Part shown: positions 11,850-24,469 of the stretch, piece by piece
Layout of the letters: each line of letters begins with the position of its first letter
Numbering within the stretch: the first letter of the stretch is position 1
Assembly (NCBI RefSeq): GCF_018350175.1
Contig: NC_058368.1
Location: 71,736,001 to 71,800,000 of the forward strand
Reading direction: 5' to 3'
From: Felis catus
Lineage: Eukaryota
Length of the DNA stretch: 64,000 nucleotides
The notes under the pieces: model-generated
Database searches by the model: none
Seen by the model: the letters and a program-made list of their open reading frames with translations, nothing else
Told to the model about the DNA's origin: nothing
Translations under genes and position numbers: made by a program

Positions 11850-13428
11850 ATCCAGTTACACTTGCTGGCATTTCAAAATTTTCTATAAACTAACTTCTCA
11901 ATATTTAAAATCAGAATTTTAGAAAAGTTTCTTTGGTTAATAACTCAAATATTTATTTTGCTTTAAGATCACACTAAATTAAATGAGGACCAAAACTGTA
12001 AATCAGTACTTCTGCCAGAAATTCCCTTTTTTCTGACCAACCCGTACACTATTTCTGGGTCCCAACAAACACTTAAGCCATAAGGAGAAATCACATGGAA
12101 GCAAATTCTAATTTGGTTACCGTTATATATAAATAGACGATAACGAATCTTTTACCACAGTTTCCAGATTGTCAGTCCTCTGAATTTGCTGAAGTAAAAC
12201 ATTATGATAATTTTTTTAAAAAAAGCTATGAAGTAATAAGATACTAGAAGGTTGTGATAACAACTCTACAATCCTCTTAATACCAAAGAACAAAGAGTTC
12301 AACAAAAGCAGAACACTAAATTCTGCTCAATATTTTGAAACTCACTTCAAGACGCTCAATGTATTCAGTTAAGTGTGGGGGTTTAAATACACACAAAATG
12401 TAGAAATCTATTGCAGAGAAGTAATAAGGAACATGTAGTATTTTACACGCAGGTACTTCATTACACAGAATGAATGGCTACAATCAAATCTTTTACCTCA
12501 AGCACACATGCAGATTTTTATTTTCAAAGGGATCTGTGGTGGGCGGGGGTAGGGTGGCTCCTGAAATCCCCATACATCTGGGTAAATCCCAACACAGTTT
12601 GTACCGAATATATCCAGCAGCAGCTCCACGGAATACAGGTGTGGCCCACAGGAGAGCAGGTTACGGCCCTGTTACGAGCTGCCCCGTCACCTGGGCCAAG
12701 CCCTTCAGTGGGAGAATAATCCAGGTAGTGAAGAGTGGGGGGTGGAGAGGGGTGCAAAGCAGGTGAGGAGAGCTCCTGACCAATCCCAGCAGAGATTTCC
12801 AGCACAACTCCAAGTGTGCCCTCATGCCCTCAGTGTGAGCCTGCGACACCAGGTTTCAAGTTCCACCCTGACATCTGCCAGCTATGTGATGGACCTGCGG
12901 AAGATGTGTTATTTGTCTTCCCAGGCCATTCCTCTGCTGTAAAGTGGCCCGTCCACTCTCCCAGAAGTTCCATTACAATTACATTAAGCACAAAAAAGTA
13001 TTTTGAAAATGAGACAGTTCTCGGTGAAAACAGGAATACTGTGTCTGACCCTTTGCTGAAGACGAGTTCTTAGCTTCTGACCTTCAGACCCCCAAACCAG
13101 GTGTCTATTCAATATTTAAATATTCAACACCTACATACGCAACACTTACCCTTTACAGTGTAGTCATATAGAGGAAACAGAAAGTATCACCAAAGATCAC
13201 ACCATGATTACGAAGTCTTTGCCCACCTGGGACTCTGCATCTTTCCTAAGAGAGAAAGACCTGTCGGACCTACACAGAGTCATTTCAAGCATCTGGCAGC
13301 GTTTAGCACCATATACTTTCTACAGCAATAAGACCATTCAAGGGCAGCCTACTTTAGGGAATGAGCCAACGTATGAAAGGCTCCTTGTCCTGACACAAGT
13401 ACAGAGGCCACGGACGGACACTACTTAC

Positions 13429-13645
13429 ACACTCAGTGTGTACCGGATGTGCGGCGAACAGCAGAGCGGCCAACAGGGAGGATCTGGGGGCCAGGTTCAA
13501 CCGCCGGCCCCTACTGCTGTACTGCAGGCCGCCAAACAGCACGGAGAAGACATCCACCATGAGGACAGAGATGCCGCCGTGCAGGAGGATGTTGACCACG
13601 TGGAAACTCATGGGGTAGAAGCCTCCGGACAAATAGTAGTTAATC
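13429..13645 (-). CDS. TMTC4: TMTC4 coding exon (217 nt)
   Basis: (R)INYYLSGGFYPMSFHVVNILLHGGISVLMVDVFSVLFGGLQYSSRGRRLNLAPRSSLLAALLFAAHPVHTEC, with the TMTC HPVHTE motif. Acceptor cactacag|G, donor TGT|gtaagt; phase 2 in, phase 0 out. Confidence 0.97.
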
Positions 13646-14718
13646 CTGTAGTGAGCGAAAGGGGTTCATACCAGGTGCGCAGAAGTGTGCAAAATAAAAT
13701 GCAAAGCATCTGAAGGAAGAAGGCTGGTGACTGACAGTGTTAAAGGGAGGAGATGTAGAAAGGGCAAGAACATAACTAACTACTGGGGGAAAAAGAGCAG
13801 ATAAGAGCATGTCAGACAAGTGTGGCAGAAAACACGTGGAGAGGAAAAGCAGAAGGAAAGCTAAACAATTTCTTAAGCCCTAAAAAGGCAAGATTGCCTC
13901 CCAAGATGATATGACACAGCACACCTTACTCTTGGCTACCCCACAGGGACCTGGATTGAAGACAGTCACGTAACTTGCTTATCCAAAAAACAAAAAGTAC
14001 TCCTTGGTAGTTCGTCCACCAGCTTTCCGTCCAACAAAACACATTCTCATCCGTCCAACAAAACACATTTCTGACAGCTTTTCAGTTACCAGCAGTTCTA
14101 ATTCATCATTTCTGTGCTTCTGAGAGATCTGTACATAAGTACTGAATGCACCTGAAACAGCTATGAATGGGAACTTTGGGGAGGTGAACACATCTATTCA
14201 ATGCAGATGGGGAGGTGGGGGAGGGTGCTTTTAGCTTTATTTTGTATTTGCATATTGACTTGGTAACAGCAGGAAGATTTTTACCTTGTTATTATCATTT
14301 TTACAGTGGAAAAAACCCCACAATTTCCTTAGATGCCACGTGTTGCCTTGACTTACATGGTTTCTCCAGTGGTAACCAGCAAAGGTCCAATCTCCAACAA
14401 ACATGCAAAATGTGGAACGTTTCGCTAATTTGCACATCACCCTCGCACAGGGGCCACGTTCATCTTCCCTGCATCCTTCCACTTTTAGGATCTGTCCTGG
14501 ACAAGCGAGCCCTGGAGTCGTGGTTCCTCAGGCTCGTTCTCCCCATGTTGCTGGGACCTACCCCTAACAACTGGAATTAGCATGTACTCCTCGGAGACCC
14601 ATATGAGTGAGTGGTCTGTTCTTCCCCAGGATCCACCGGCTCCACTCGCCCACACCAGGAGCCTTGTCACACAGAACCTGGCACAGCATCCTATGCAGCC
14701 CGCGCTGTCATACCTCAC

Positions 14719-14834
14719 CTGAAAGTCAGGACGGTCAGAGGGCGGTAGGACTTGTGGCTGGTGTTGCTGCTCAGCCTACTGCCCCAGAAGTCATGATGCC
14801 ACAGGTCCCCAAGGGGCGTTTCCGCTCGGAGGTC
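14719..14834 (-). CDS. TMTC4: TMTC4 coding exon (116 nt)
   Basis: Manual translation [38 protein letters not shown](R) carries the TMTC DFWG and SHKSYRPL motifs. Acceptor tccctgcag|GAC, donor AG|gtgagg; phase 0 in, phase 2 out. Confidence 0.97.
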
Positions 14835-15784
14835 CTGCAGGGACACAGTAGAGGGCATTCAGGACAAAGGTGTCACGACTCCTCTCTCACCCCATGTTTA
14901 AGCCCTCACCAGGAGCTCTTCCTTAGAGCTGCTCATTCCCCTTTGGTCCATCTCTCCCATTAGCCCTGAGCCAAGCCACTGCCACCTCTCACCGAGGGTA
15001 CGGTCAGGCCTCCCTCCAGCACGTTCTCCCAGCTAATCTCTCCAACCTGCAAATTGGGTCACCCACCCCACCTTGCTTAAAACACCCAGATGGCTCCCCC
15101 CGCCCCCAGGACAAAGCCGACGTCCTGATGTGGGTACCGCAGCCCAGGGTGCTCTGGCTCCTGCCGAGCTCTGCCTGCTCATCTCGTGGACTCTGACCTT
15201 TGTCCAGTCCCCACACAGCACCTGCTGCCACCCTTCCCCAAGGATTTGCACACGTAGGTGTCCACCAGACAGTTACCCCTCAGCTCCTCACAGCCCAGCA
15301 TCTCCTGCCGTTCACGTTCGGCCAGCAAGCTATGACCTTCCTCAGCTGATGCAATTCTCCTTCCATGGGCCTCAGGGCATCTCACACCTGTCCTCACAGT
15401 GCCTGGCACCCTGGCGGTTTATCATCTCTAACTACCATCTGTCTGCCCCACTGGACTGGGGGTGAGGCCCCGGGGCCACATCATGTGGGTGGGGAGTATA
15501 CAGAAAGTGCTTAATCCATGTTGAATAAACTAATGCCTCTTTCATATTCAATACAGAAGGCAATTTTCCTAAAACATCTCAGTTAAAATTTGACTGGATA
15601 AGCATATATTGTCTATTTTTGAATCCTAGCTAAACAGGAAGAAAAATGAAAGAAAAAACAACTTCCATCTAATTTTTAAAGATAAAAATCACTAATTATT
15701 AAAAAACGACATCTATTTTACTATTAAGGTAATTTAATTTGGTCCTGTGCTACAGACGCTTAAAAATGCGTATTTAAAAAATAT

Positions 15785-15973
15785 ACATTCATTTATTTTG
15801 GGGATCACACAAGCAGGGAAGGGGCAGAGTGAGGAAGACAGAGGATCCAAAGCGGGCTCTGCACTGACAGGTTGACAGCAGCAAGCCCGACGTGGGGCTT
15901 GAACTCATGAACTGTGAGATCACGACCTGAGCCCAAATCAGACACTCAACCAACTGAGCCACCCAGGTGCCCT
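15785..15973 (-). mobile_element. CanSINE
   Basis: Reverse head ...caactgagccacccaggtgccc. Confidence 0.9.
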
Positions 15974-17391
15974 GAAAAATGCATCTTTTTAAAAAACATT
16001 TAAATGTAGAACTAGATTGTTTAAACTGTGTCTGACAAGGAGAGAGGCAGACAAGGCATTGCAGAATAAGCAATAAAAGCAAATACTAATTTTCTCTTCA
16101 AAGCATAACAAACAGGAATATTTTAGGGACTAGAAATTATGACATGCTAAGCACCACTAAGTGTATCAGTCCAGACTCTTCCCTGCAGTGACCAGATTAG
16201 CACTGATTAACATAAGCAAGAAAGAATGCTTTAAAGGAGACTGCAAGGCTCACGGACACCCAGGGGGGCTCCAGGTTTGGGGCTCTGCAGCCAGAAGCAC
16301 GCCCACAAATCACACCGCTAGACACTTTGCGGGGGAGAGGGGGCTGCCTGGCTGCCTCCAGACCTCGGCCTCTTGTGTGATTAGCTCCTGACTCCAGTAG
16401 GTGGGTGCACCTGAGAAGAGACCCTCTGCCCATGTCTGCATCCAACCTGGACAGTCCCTGCAGCTTCTAACAACCAAGGTGGGGAAAGTCTCAAGCAGAA
16501 ATGTGTCAAATCATGGCTGGGACAAAGAGGCAAGCAGTGTCCATGGCACACGGGGACTTCAGTAAGTACTCACTACTTAAGTGCTTACTGATCAAAGGGA
16601 AAGGGCTTGAAGATGTGGGACAGAGGCAAAGTTGGTCACCTGATATCCACTTTGTGGGTGAATTTCACTTCATTGGGTATTGGCTTCAGAGACCTTGAGC
16701 ATACTGACCCCTCTTCTAACAGTCAGTCCGGTATTTCATGAAGGCCTTGCAAACTACCCACAAGTCTGGTTTACTCAGTGACAAAATTGGAAGCCCATCT
16801 TCTTCTGCACTGTCCCAGAAGTACCTGCTCACTTGTGAAGGAGCTGGGCGGAGGATCTTTCCCTCCATTTGAGCAGAAAATGAACACCAACAAAGCTCTA
16901 AATATTTGATTAGGTGTAGCCTACACACAGCAGGGCGCGCTGCAGGAAGAAAGGTCCATTTCTCTTCACAATGATTTATGGAAAAGACGTGTGTCTGAAA
17001 TTCCTGCTAACTCCACTGTCTCAAAGAAAACCATCATCTCAATGAAAAAAGGCAACTCAACACTATAAGGAAGCATCTGGAAAACAGTCTTTAACACCAA
17101 TAAAACCCAGGAACAGCCTGTTTCACATTACTGTGGGCACAGCGCCAATGAACAGAGCGGAGCCTTTCATTAAACAGGAAAGGAAAAAAGGAGGGCTAGC
17201 AAGTTAACAAAGGAGCACAGTGTGATGCTCTAGAAAACACTGCCAAGACAATGTGCAGCAGGGCCACAAAATGGCTTCATCGGCCTTACCCCACACGGAG
17301 GGAAGAAGTATAACCGTGTCCCAGGCCATCCCGCATACAACAGGGCTTGCGCTTTCCCCTGCCTTGTTCATCAAAGTTCTTCCACGTAAGG

Positions 17392-17633
17392 TTTTTTTCT
17401 TTTTAATTTTTTAATGTTATTTACTTTTTAATTTTTTAATGTTTATTTATTTTTGAGACAGAGAGTGCGCGTGAGCAAGAGCGGAGGAGGGGCACAGAGA
17501 AGGAGACAGAGGATCCAAAGTGGGCTCTGCACTGACTGCAGGAAGCCCGATGTGGGGCTCAAACTCACGAACCATGAGATCATGACCCGAGCTGAAGTCA
17601 GACATTTAACTGACAAGCCACCAAGGTGCCCCC
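17392..17633 (-). mobile_element. CanSINE
   Basis: Reverse head and a duplicated T-rich tail. Confidence 0.9.
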
Positions 17634-17924
17634 TTCGATATAATGATCTAAGCGAACACTTTATGTATCTTCCACTTTGTAAAAGTGGAAGAGTGAAGAA
17701 ACTCTTAATGAAATGAAGAACGGTCTTTAAAAATTAAGTCATGTTCTCCTTTCCTTGTTAGCAAAGCAATCCTGCAGCTATAAAACCACCGATGGGATGT
17801 AGTTGCTAGGAGCTACTACTTTTTTCTTTTAAGCATGGTTTAAAAAGAAACAAACATCTACAGTAACTGCTGGGTGAACTTGAGGAAACTTATAAGTGAA
17901 AAACCTGAATTAAAAACAAACATC

Positions 17925-18150
17925 GGGGCACCAGGGTGGCTCAGTGGGTCTGGCATCTGACTCTTGATTTCAGCTCAGGTCATGATTTCACGGTTTGTGA
18001 GCTCAAGCCCCGCGTTGGGCTCTGTGCTGACAGGGCAGAGCCTGCTTGGGGTTCTTTGTCCCCCCCTCTCTCTGCCCCTCCCCCACTCATGCTTGCTCAT
18101 GTACATGCTCTCTCTCTCTCTCTCTCTCAAAATAAATAAAATAAAAAAAA
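17925..18150 (+). mobile_element. CanSINE
   Basis: Head, CT tract, A tail; flanking aaacatc repeat. Confidence 0.9.
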
Positions 18151-19319
18151 CCCTAAACATCAAGGTTGGTTGATAGTCTGCATCATAAAATAGAGAAAAT
18201 CAGTACATACAAGATGTTACAAATAAAAAACTTACAAAAGTCACCCCCCCTTCCAACCTCACTGTCACCATCACACATACATGTTGGTCACAGAGAATTT
18301 TCCTCAACATTTTCAATATGAAAATGAGGTTTTGCTCATTTGGGAGAATCCATGACTTCAAAATTTCAACAACAGTGTTACCGAGTTGCTACAACTGCAC
18401 CGCCTGGAGAGAAATATATTAGGCTATTTCTTTGGGCTGTCTTCACTGGTGCAGACACACACACACGAAATAACTGCTGAGTAACTGAGAGGTCACAAAT
18501 CTGTGCCATTTCCGCATTTCTTCTCCTGGGCTCTCCCTGCCTCCAAGGCTCTTGTCTGATTTTCTTTTAGTTCCCTTGAATCTTTTTCTTTCCTTTCTCC
18601 AAACCTATTTCTTTCTCCTTCTCTCTAGCTAGTGAAAGACAGGCATTTTCCCTGCACTGATATAGCACCCACTGGAGAGCAAAACTGGCTGGGACTTTGC
18701 AAACTCAGCAAATTTGAGTCTCCAAACATGAAATGGGCAGAAACTGCAGCTTCCACCGACAGCACGCTCCTCATTCTCCAGCGCCTGCCAGCAGGCTGTC
18801 CTGATGCTATCAGCAAAGGACAAAGAAGAAGCCAACTCCCTGCCTGCTGCTGCGAATGGATGCAGACGGACGCACCTCTTGGCAGGTGATCAGACTCGTC
18901 CATCACTGCAGCAAGTGCATGTTGGGGTGGGGGGAGGGGGAAAACAGCTGTGGCCTAGGATTCTAGAAATCTGTCATAAAACCTGAAATACTTAGTCTGC
19001 AATGCCCTTCCTTGCCTTGTAAACTGAGAGTAATGGTCTCTCTGATGTGTGTGTAGACTGGGACCTCGGATGGGGTACGTGGTGAGGGTAAAGCCTGAGG
19101 TCAGGCAGGGGCTGGAGACCGTAAACAATAAACAATAAAAGAGGCCCTAAATCACAAAGATGCTACCTAAAAGAGATGGGAAATCTACAACACAATTGGG
19201 GCCCAGGCAAATGCTTAACCAAGGTCAAATAGAGAATTATCCAACACGAACTTAGATTACTAATGAGAAACAGGCAAATGATTAACACAAGTTTACCACA
19301 AAGGGGTTACCATACAAAC

Positions 19320-19535
19320 CTTATTGTTAATGATAGCTTCAGAGTCATCAAAGACAAAATCTCCATCGTAGCTGCGTGCGAAGCATACAAGGGAAACAAA
19401 TCCCACTACTAACTTAGCCCAGAAAGGGGCAAGCACAGAAGAGGGGATGATGTGACCCAAATCAGCGTCCAACTCGGCCATTTTGAAAACTGCTGGCTGC
19501 CAGCCTCTTGCTCCAGCATCATGCTGGTTAGAAAT
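19320..19535 (-). CDS. TMTC4: TMTC4 first large coding exon (216 nt; main ATG at 19481)
   Basis: Reads ISNQHDAGARGWQPAVFK-MAELDADLGHIIPSSVLAPFWAKLVVGFVSLVCFARSYDGDFVFDDSEAIINNK, matching the recalled TMTC4 N-terminus including the TMTC FVFDD acidic motif. Acceptor ttttctcatag|ATT, donor AAG|gtttgt, strong Kozak aaaATGg. Confidence 0.96.
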
Positions 19536-19890
19536 CTATGAGAAAAATGACACAACACAAATATCCATCAACACACAGTTAGGAAAGTTTCTGCAGTGAG
19601 TAGGAACTAGACAGTCACCTACACTGTGAGTGCATAGGATCTGGTCATTACAAACTTTAAGATGTGGTTTTCAGAGTCTACTGGGCAGAAGGGTCACTGG
19701 GACACATGTAAATTCTCCTGGGCCTAACTGCAACCACCGAATCACAAGCCCTTGGGTTTCTGATACTGGATTATCTTGAGACATGCTGATTTAAGGGAAT
19801 CCTATACCTATCAACCCCATAAGGCAAATTGTTTTTATAGTCCTTGAACCAGTTTACACCGAAGTTAAAAAAAAAAAAAAAAAGTTACCA

Positions 19891-20058
19891 GGGTGCCTGA
19901 GTGGCTCAGTTGGTTAAGCATCCGACTTTGGCTCAGGTCATGATCTTGTGGTTCATGGGCTTAAGCCCCGCATTGGGCTCTGTGCTAACAGCTCAGAGCC
20001 TGGAACCTGCTTTGGATTCTGTATCTCCCTCTCTCTCTGTCCCTCCCCAACTCACACA

Positions 20059-20099
<41 letters not shown>

Positions 20100-20130
20100 A
20101 AAATAAAACATTAAAAAAAATTTTTTTTTT
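19891..20130 (+). mobile_element. CanSINE
   Basis: Head, (CT)n, tail; TSD aagttacca. Confidence 0.92.
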
Positions 20131-20814
20131 GAAGTTACCATGTTGCTTCATCCAATCCAGAGAAATCAATAAATATTCCTTGTTAAGTCTTAGCACATGG
20201 TGCGTGCATGTGTGGTAGGGTATAAAACATGGTCCTGATTCTGAGAGAGCTTAGAGTCTCTCTAGAACTCAGTCACTCATGCCAGTTAGCAGAAAATCTG
20301 GCAGAGAGAAGACTTTTAACACAGATGATCAGGCAGGACACATGATCGATGGCCAGGTGAGGGGTTCACACACAGACGGACGAAGGAGAGAACACTGTAG
20401 ACTGACCAGTCTAGGACAATATCTTAGTCCAGAAAGAGCTGAGCCAAATCCTAAAGGAGAAGAGGGGGAAGCTATCCCAGGTAAGAATATGACCTTCAAC
20501 GTTGGTGAAAGAGTCAAGTTAAAAATACCCTCTTATTTTTTAACTTTTCTTTCAAACAGGAAAAATGTTAAAGCCAGAACAGTTGGTCTCTCTGCCTTGC
20601 CATTTATTAGTTCTATGGCCTTGTCCTTTCAGAGTCTACTTCCTGTGACACTCAGCAAGGCGTAAGAGCTTTCCAGTGGTGACAGCTGCCTGAGAACCCC
20701 CTGCCTTGGAATTTGCCCAAATACAAAACTACTCTGCAAATCACATTTTATCTGTCTCTATCTCCACTATACCTCCAACAGGTGCTTTCTTTGGATTGAC
20801 CAGAATCATGTTTG

Positions 20815-20930
20815 GCTCAAAGTGTTCAGGTTCCAATCCTGGGTAACTATGGACAAGCTACTTAACCTCTCTGGCCTCAGTTTCCTTGCCTCTAAACTGG
20901 GGATAATTGTTGTACCTAACGTGGTTGTCA
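20815..20930 (+). mobile_element. MIR fragment
   Basis: gctacttaacctctctggcctcagtttccttgcctctaaactggggataat. Confidence 0.7.
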
Positions 20931-21649
20931 TTCCACAGGATAGCCACCTGAGGCGCTGAGAACTGCTGTCTGGCTTTAATGACTGATGAGGGGAGGTTAA
21001 CTATGGTCACAAGCACTTTCTTTAAGAAGGGTAAAAGCACGGACACAGAACTATTTTTTAAATCCTAATATTAGTATTAATTTTTAAATACAAATATTTT
21101 GTTTATTATCTACATTAGTAAGGGCCCTGGCTCCCAGTCCTTTTGGGTGAAGGTGGAGGAGAATCCCAAACCCCTTGATTGTGAAGGCAGTTTAGATGTA
21201 TTTGTCTCTAGGCCTCCAAGGGACTACCCCAGACTATGGAGTCAATGAGAAGTCAGCCAAATGAGAAGTCAGGCCATCTGAGGTCACAGGCATCTTTTCT
21301 CTGGCTTTTATGTGAGTGAATGTGGGAAAAGATCCAACAGTCAATGGGACACATCATCCTATGATAACACTGTCCCTTTCCGGGTGCTGAAAAGAGGTCC
21401 AGATTTACAACCCAGAGAGGAAAGACTTTGTATCTCTCACTGCTGGTCCCTCAAGCTTCTCCACTTAATGTAATTCACTCTTAGCAAGTGCTGGTGGGAA
21501 ATATCCCAGCTCCTATCTGCTGCCTTTGTCTTTTCCAATGAAAGGGTAAACCATTGGTTCAACCCAAATTGTAGCTGCAAACACCATATAGGTCACCATG
21601 CAGGCCAACTGCTGTGTCTACGTTTCAGCTAAAGAAACTGCTGCTAAAG

Positions 21650-21865
21650 AGGCACCTAGGGGGCTCAGTTGGTTAAGCGTCCAGCTCTTTGTTTTGGCTC
21701 AGGTCATGATCTCACGGTTCATGGGTCCAAGCCCTGCACTGGGCACCGCGCTGACAGTGTGGAGCTTGCTTGGGATTCTCTCTCTGTCCCTCTCTTTCTG
21801 CCCCTCCCCTGCTCTGTCTCTCTCTCAAAAATAAATAAATAAAAACTTCAAAAATTTTTTTTAAA
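21650..21865 (+). mobile_element. CanSINE
   Basis: Head, CT tract, tail; diverged TSD aagaaa(c/t)tgct(g/a)ctaaa. Confidence 0.9.
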
Positions 21866-24394
21866 TAAGAAATTGCTACTAAAAAAGCAAAGCAAAACAA
21901 AAACAATGTGAAAAAGAAATCATAAAGACCATGTAGTTAGAAAGATGGCATGACTTCACATGAAGGGAATAAAAGTGTTCTTGGATTTGGAAAATTAATG
22001 TGGAGGAAAATGCGACAGTTTTAAATGCACAACAGAGCTGGTCTTGATGCTACCTGCTATGGGCCCAAGTATCTGAATATTATTTCACAAAAGGTTGTCG
22101 TGAGGTTCCAATTCTTATAGGAAGAACACAGAAGCAAGACACATCATCTGTGCTCCTACATGAGCTGTCCTGCCCCACTTTTCATTTCAGATTATTTGTA
22201 ATACAATGAATCTTTATTCATTGAATACAATGAATGTTTTTGGTACTCAGGCAATAGCAGAGATATATGGAAGGCAGACCATGGACTCAAACATCTGCAG
22301 CGCCCTGGTGGGCCAGGCCGGGACTCCTGAAGCATCACCAGGATGGTTGGGTTAATCTCAGAATGATCTCCCCCTCTTCTACTGCAGGGACATCAGCAAG
22401 TCCTACATTGCAAGACTTCTATTGCGGCTTCCCTCCTGAGTCTCCAAGTTTCCCACTACTTTGCTGTCCCTGAAAATACTCCCAAATGCCCTTTTTTTAT
22501 TTAAGGCATTATGGTTAATGTATACAGTGGAATGGTTCAGAAAATACTGCAGATTAGCAAATGCCATAAAATCTACAATGTGTCAGGAACCCATGCAAAG
22601 TTCTCAGAGTGCAGCACTGGGGTTAAGAGGGTGGGCTCTCGAGGCAGGCGGAGGTGGACCCACTACCTTTGAGACCTTGAGCTTCTCAGTCTTTCTAAGG
22701 CTCAAATCCTCACTGGCACAACAGGGTACCACTGCATAACTTTGGGAGGTTGTCAGAGGATTAAAGGAAAGAATGTATGGAAACAATTACTTCCCATTCT
22801 TGTTACCATTTTGGAGAATCTAGTTCCCAGTGCTTCATCCCTGATCTCCTGTCTTGGGAACAGAGATGTTGCTATCAATTCTTTATTCCTGCAGATGGTT
22901 TTACCAACCGAGACCAGCAGTAGCCCATCCAACTGTCCCAATGTAACTGAGAGAAGGGTGTCCTTCCTTGGATGGGCCCAGGGCACTGCCTCCTTGGCCG
23001 GTGTCTGAATGTCCTGCATAAATGGCACAGTCTAATACAGTGACCCTGCTCCAACCTCCCTTCCTCCAACAGGAAAGCAGCCTTTGTTCTGATGATCCCA
23101 GCCAGGCTTGGTGCTCAAGTTAAAGAAGCCCTCCCTGAGTGAGGTGGTACAGACAGGTTGACCTGCCCCTCCACCTCTTTTTTTGTACACAAGCCATGAA
23201 ATAGGAAGGTGCACTTTCTGTTTTTCTCTTGCTAGGTCTCCAAGTACACGGTCTCATTTCTCCCCTCCAGGTGTCCTGCCTGGGAGCCCTGGCTCTGGGG
23301 TGGGATGGTAAGTTCACCATATGAAGTGCAAAGAAGGGAGTGTCACGGAGGTCTCAGGCTCAGTCCCAGTGGTGCTACAGCCAGTTTTTCAAGTGGTAAA
23401 ACTGCTGCTCTGATCCCTATCTGACTCCTGTGCTGATTTCACACTGTTCAGAATTAACTGGCCCTAGAAGTAACTGAATTTTGGAATGAAGCAGAAGGCT
23501 CTTTATTCTCAATTTCTCAAAACTTCTAATATGAAGCCTCTATTTTCAGGGGGTTCAAATAAATTCATAAATCATCAATGGTCAAAAAAACAAGGACTCC
23601 ACCTCTCAAAAGGAATGTCACTGAGCTGTGAACTCTAGGGACCCAGTGACAACTGACATAGCAGCCTCAGACTGCAGGAAATAGGGATGGTGAGACCAAT
23701 CTAAAGGATTCGCCCTGGGACTATGAGCAGCAGTTACCTACTGCAGAATATTTTTCCACATGCATGAAAGGGCCTGCTGGCCTCTGGCCGACCTTTCTAC
23801 CTCATCAGTAACAATCCATCCAAACGCAAGCTGCCCTCTGCCAGGCTGCGATGAGACAGTGCTTCTGGAAATCAGACTAAAGAACACGATCATTTGCGAC
23901 CCAGCATCTGGAGATGTTAGCTGGCTGCTCCTCTCTTGGGGGCTTCAAGTTTTGGGAGCCTGTCATTTCCACCGCCCCCCACAATGCAGCGCTGAAAAAA
24001 ATGCTACTCAAAGTATCTTCCTCTTGTGATCACCTTTCTGCTTTTTAATTCAGTAACAGGCGAGAGCCATGCCTGCCTACAGCAAGAAGGACTGTGTGTG
24101 GTTCGGCATTCACAGTTACACTGTCTCAGAAAGTTTCCAGCTTGCTAGCTTGTAGCCATTTCCCCCTCTAAGTCAGCCGGCACCACTTCACCCCACGTCG
24201 ATTTGGGGTGTGTCAGGCAAGGTCAGGACTGCAGGGTGAGGGGACAGAGAAGGGATCCAGTCAGTCGTTACTGTAATTGTTCCTCAAGGAATTCTCCCCT
24301 TCCGTCTGCTCTCCCTGAGATAACTGTGTGGGATGATTCACAGCGCGCTGGCTAGATCTTTTTTCTAACTCCTCCCTCCTTTTGTGTGTGATTA

Positions 24395-24445
24395 AAAAAG
24401 AAAGAAAGAAAGAAAGAAACACACACACACACATACACACACACA
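24395..24445. repeat. (GAAA)n(CA)n simple repeat at CpG-island edge
   Basis: Direct reading. Confidence 0.9.
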
Positions 24446-24469
24446 GCCCACAGTCAAAACATCAACACG

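Noticed and set aside
13204..13713. 169-aa plus-strand ORF
   Set aside because: Antisense shadow of the 217-nt TMTC4 exon.
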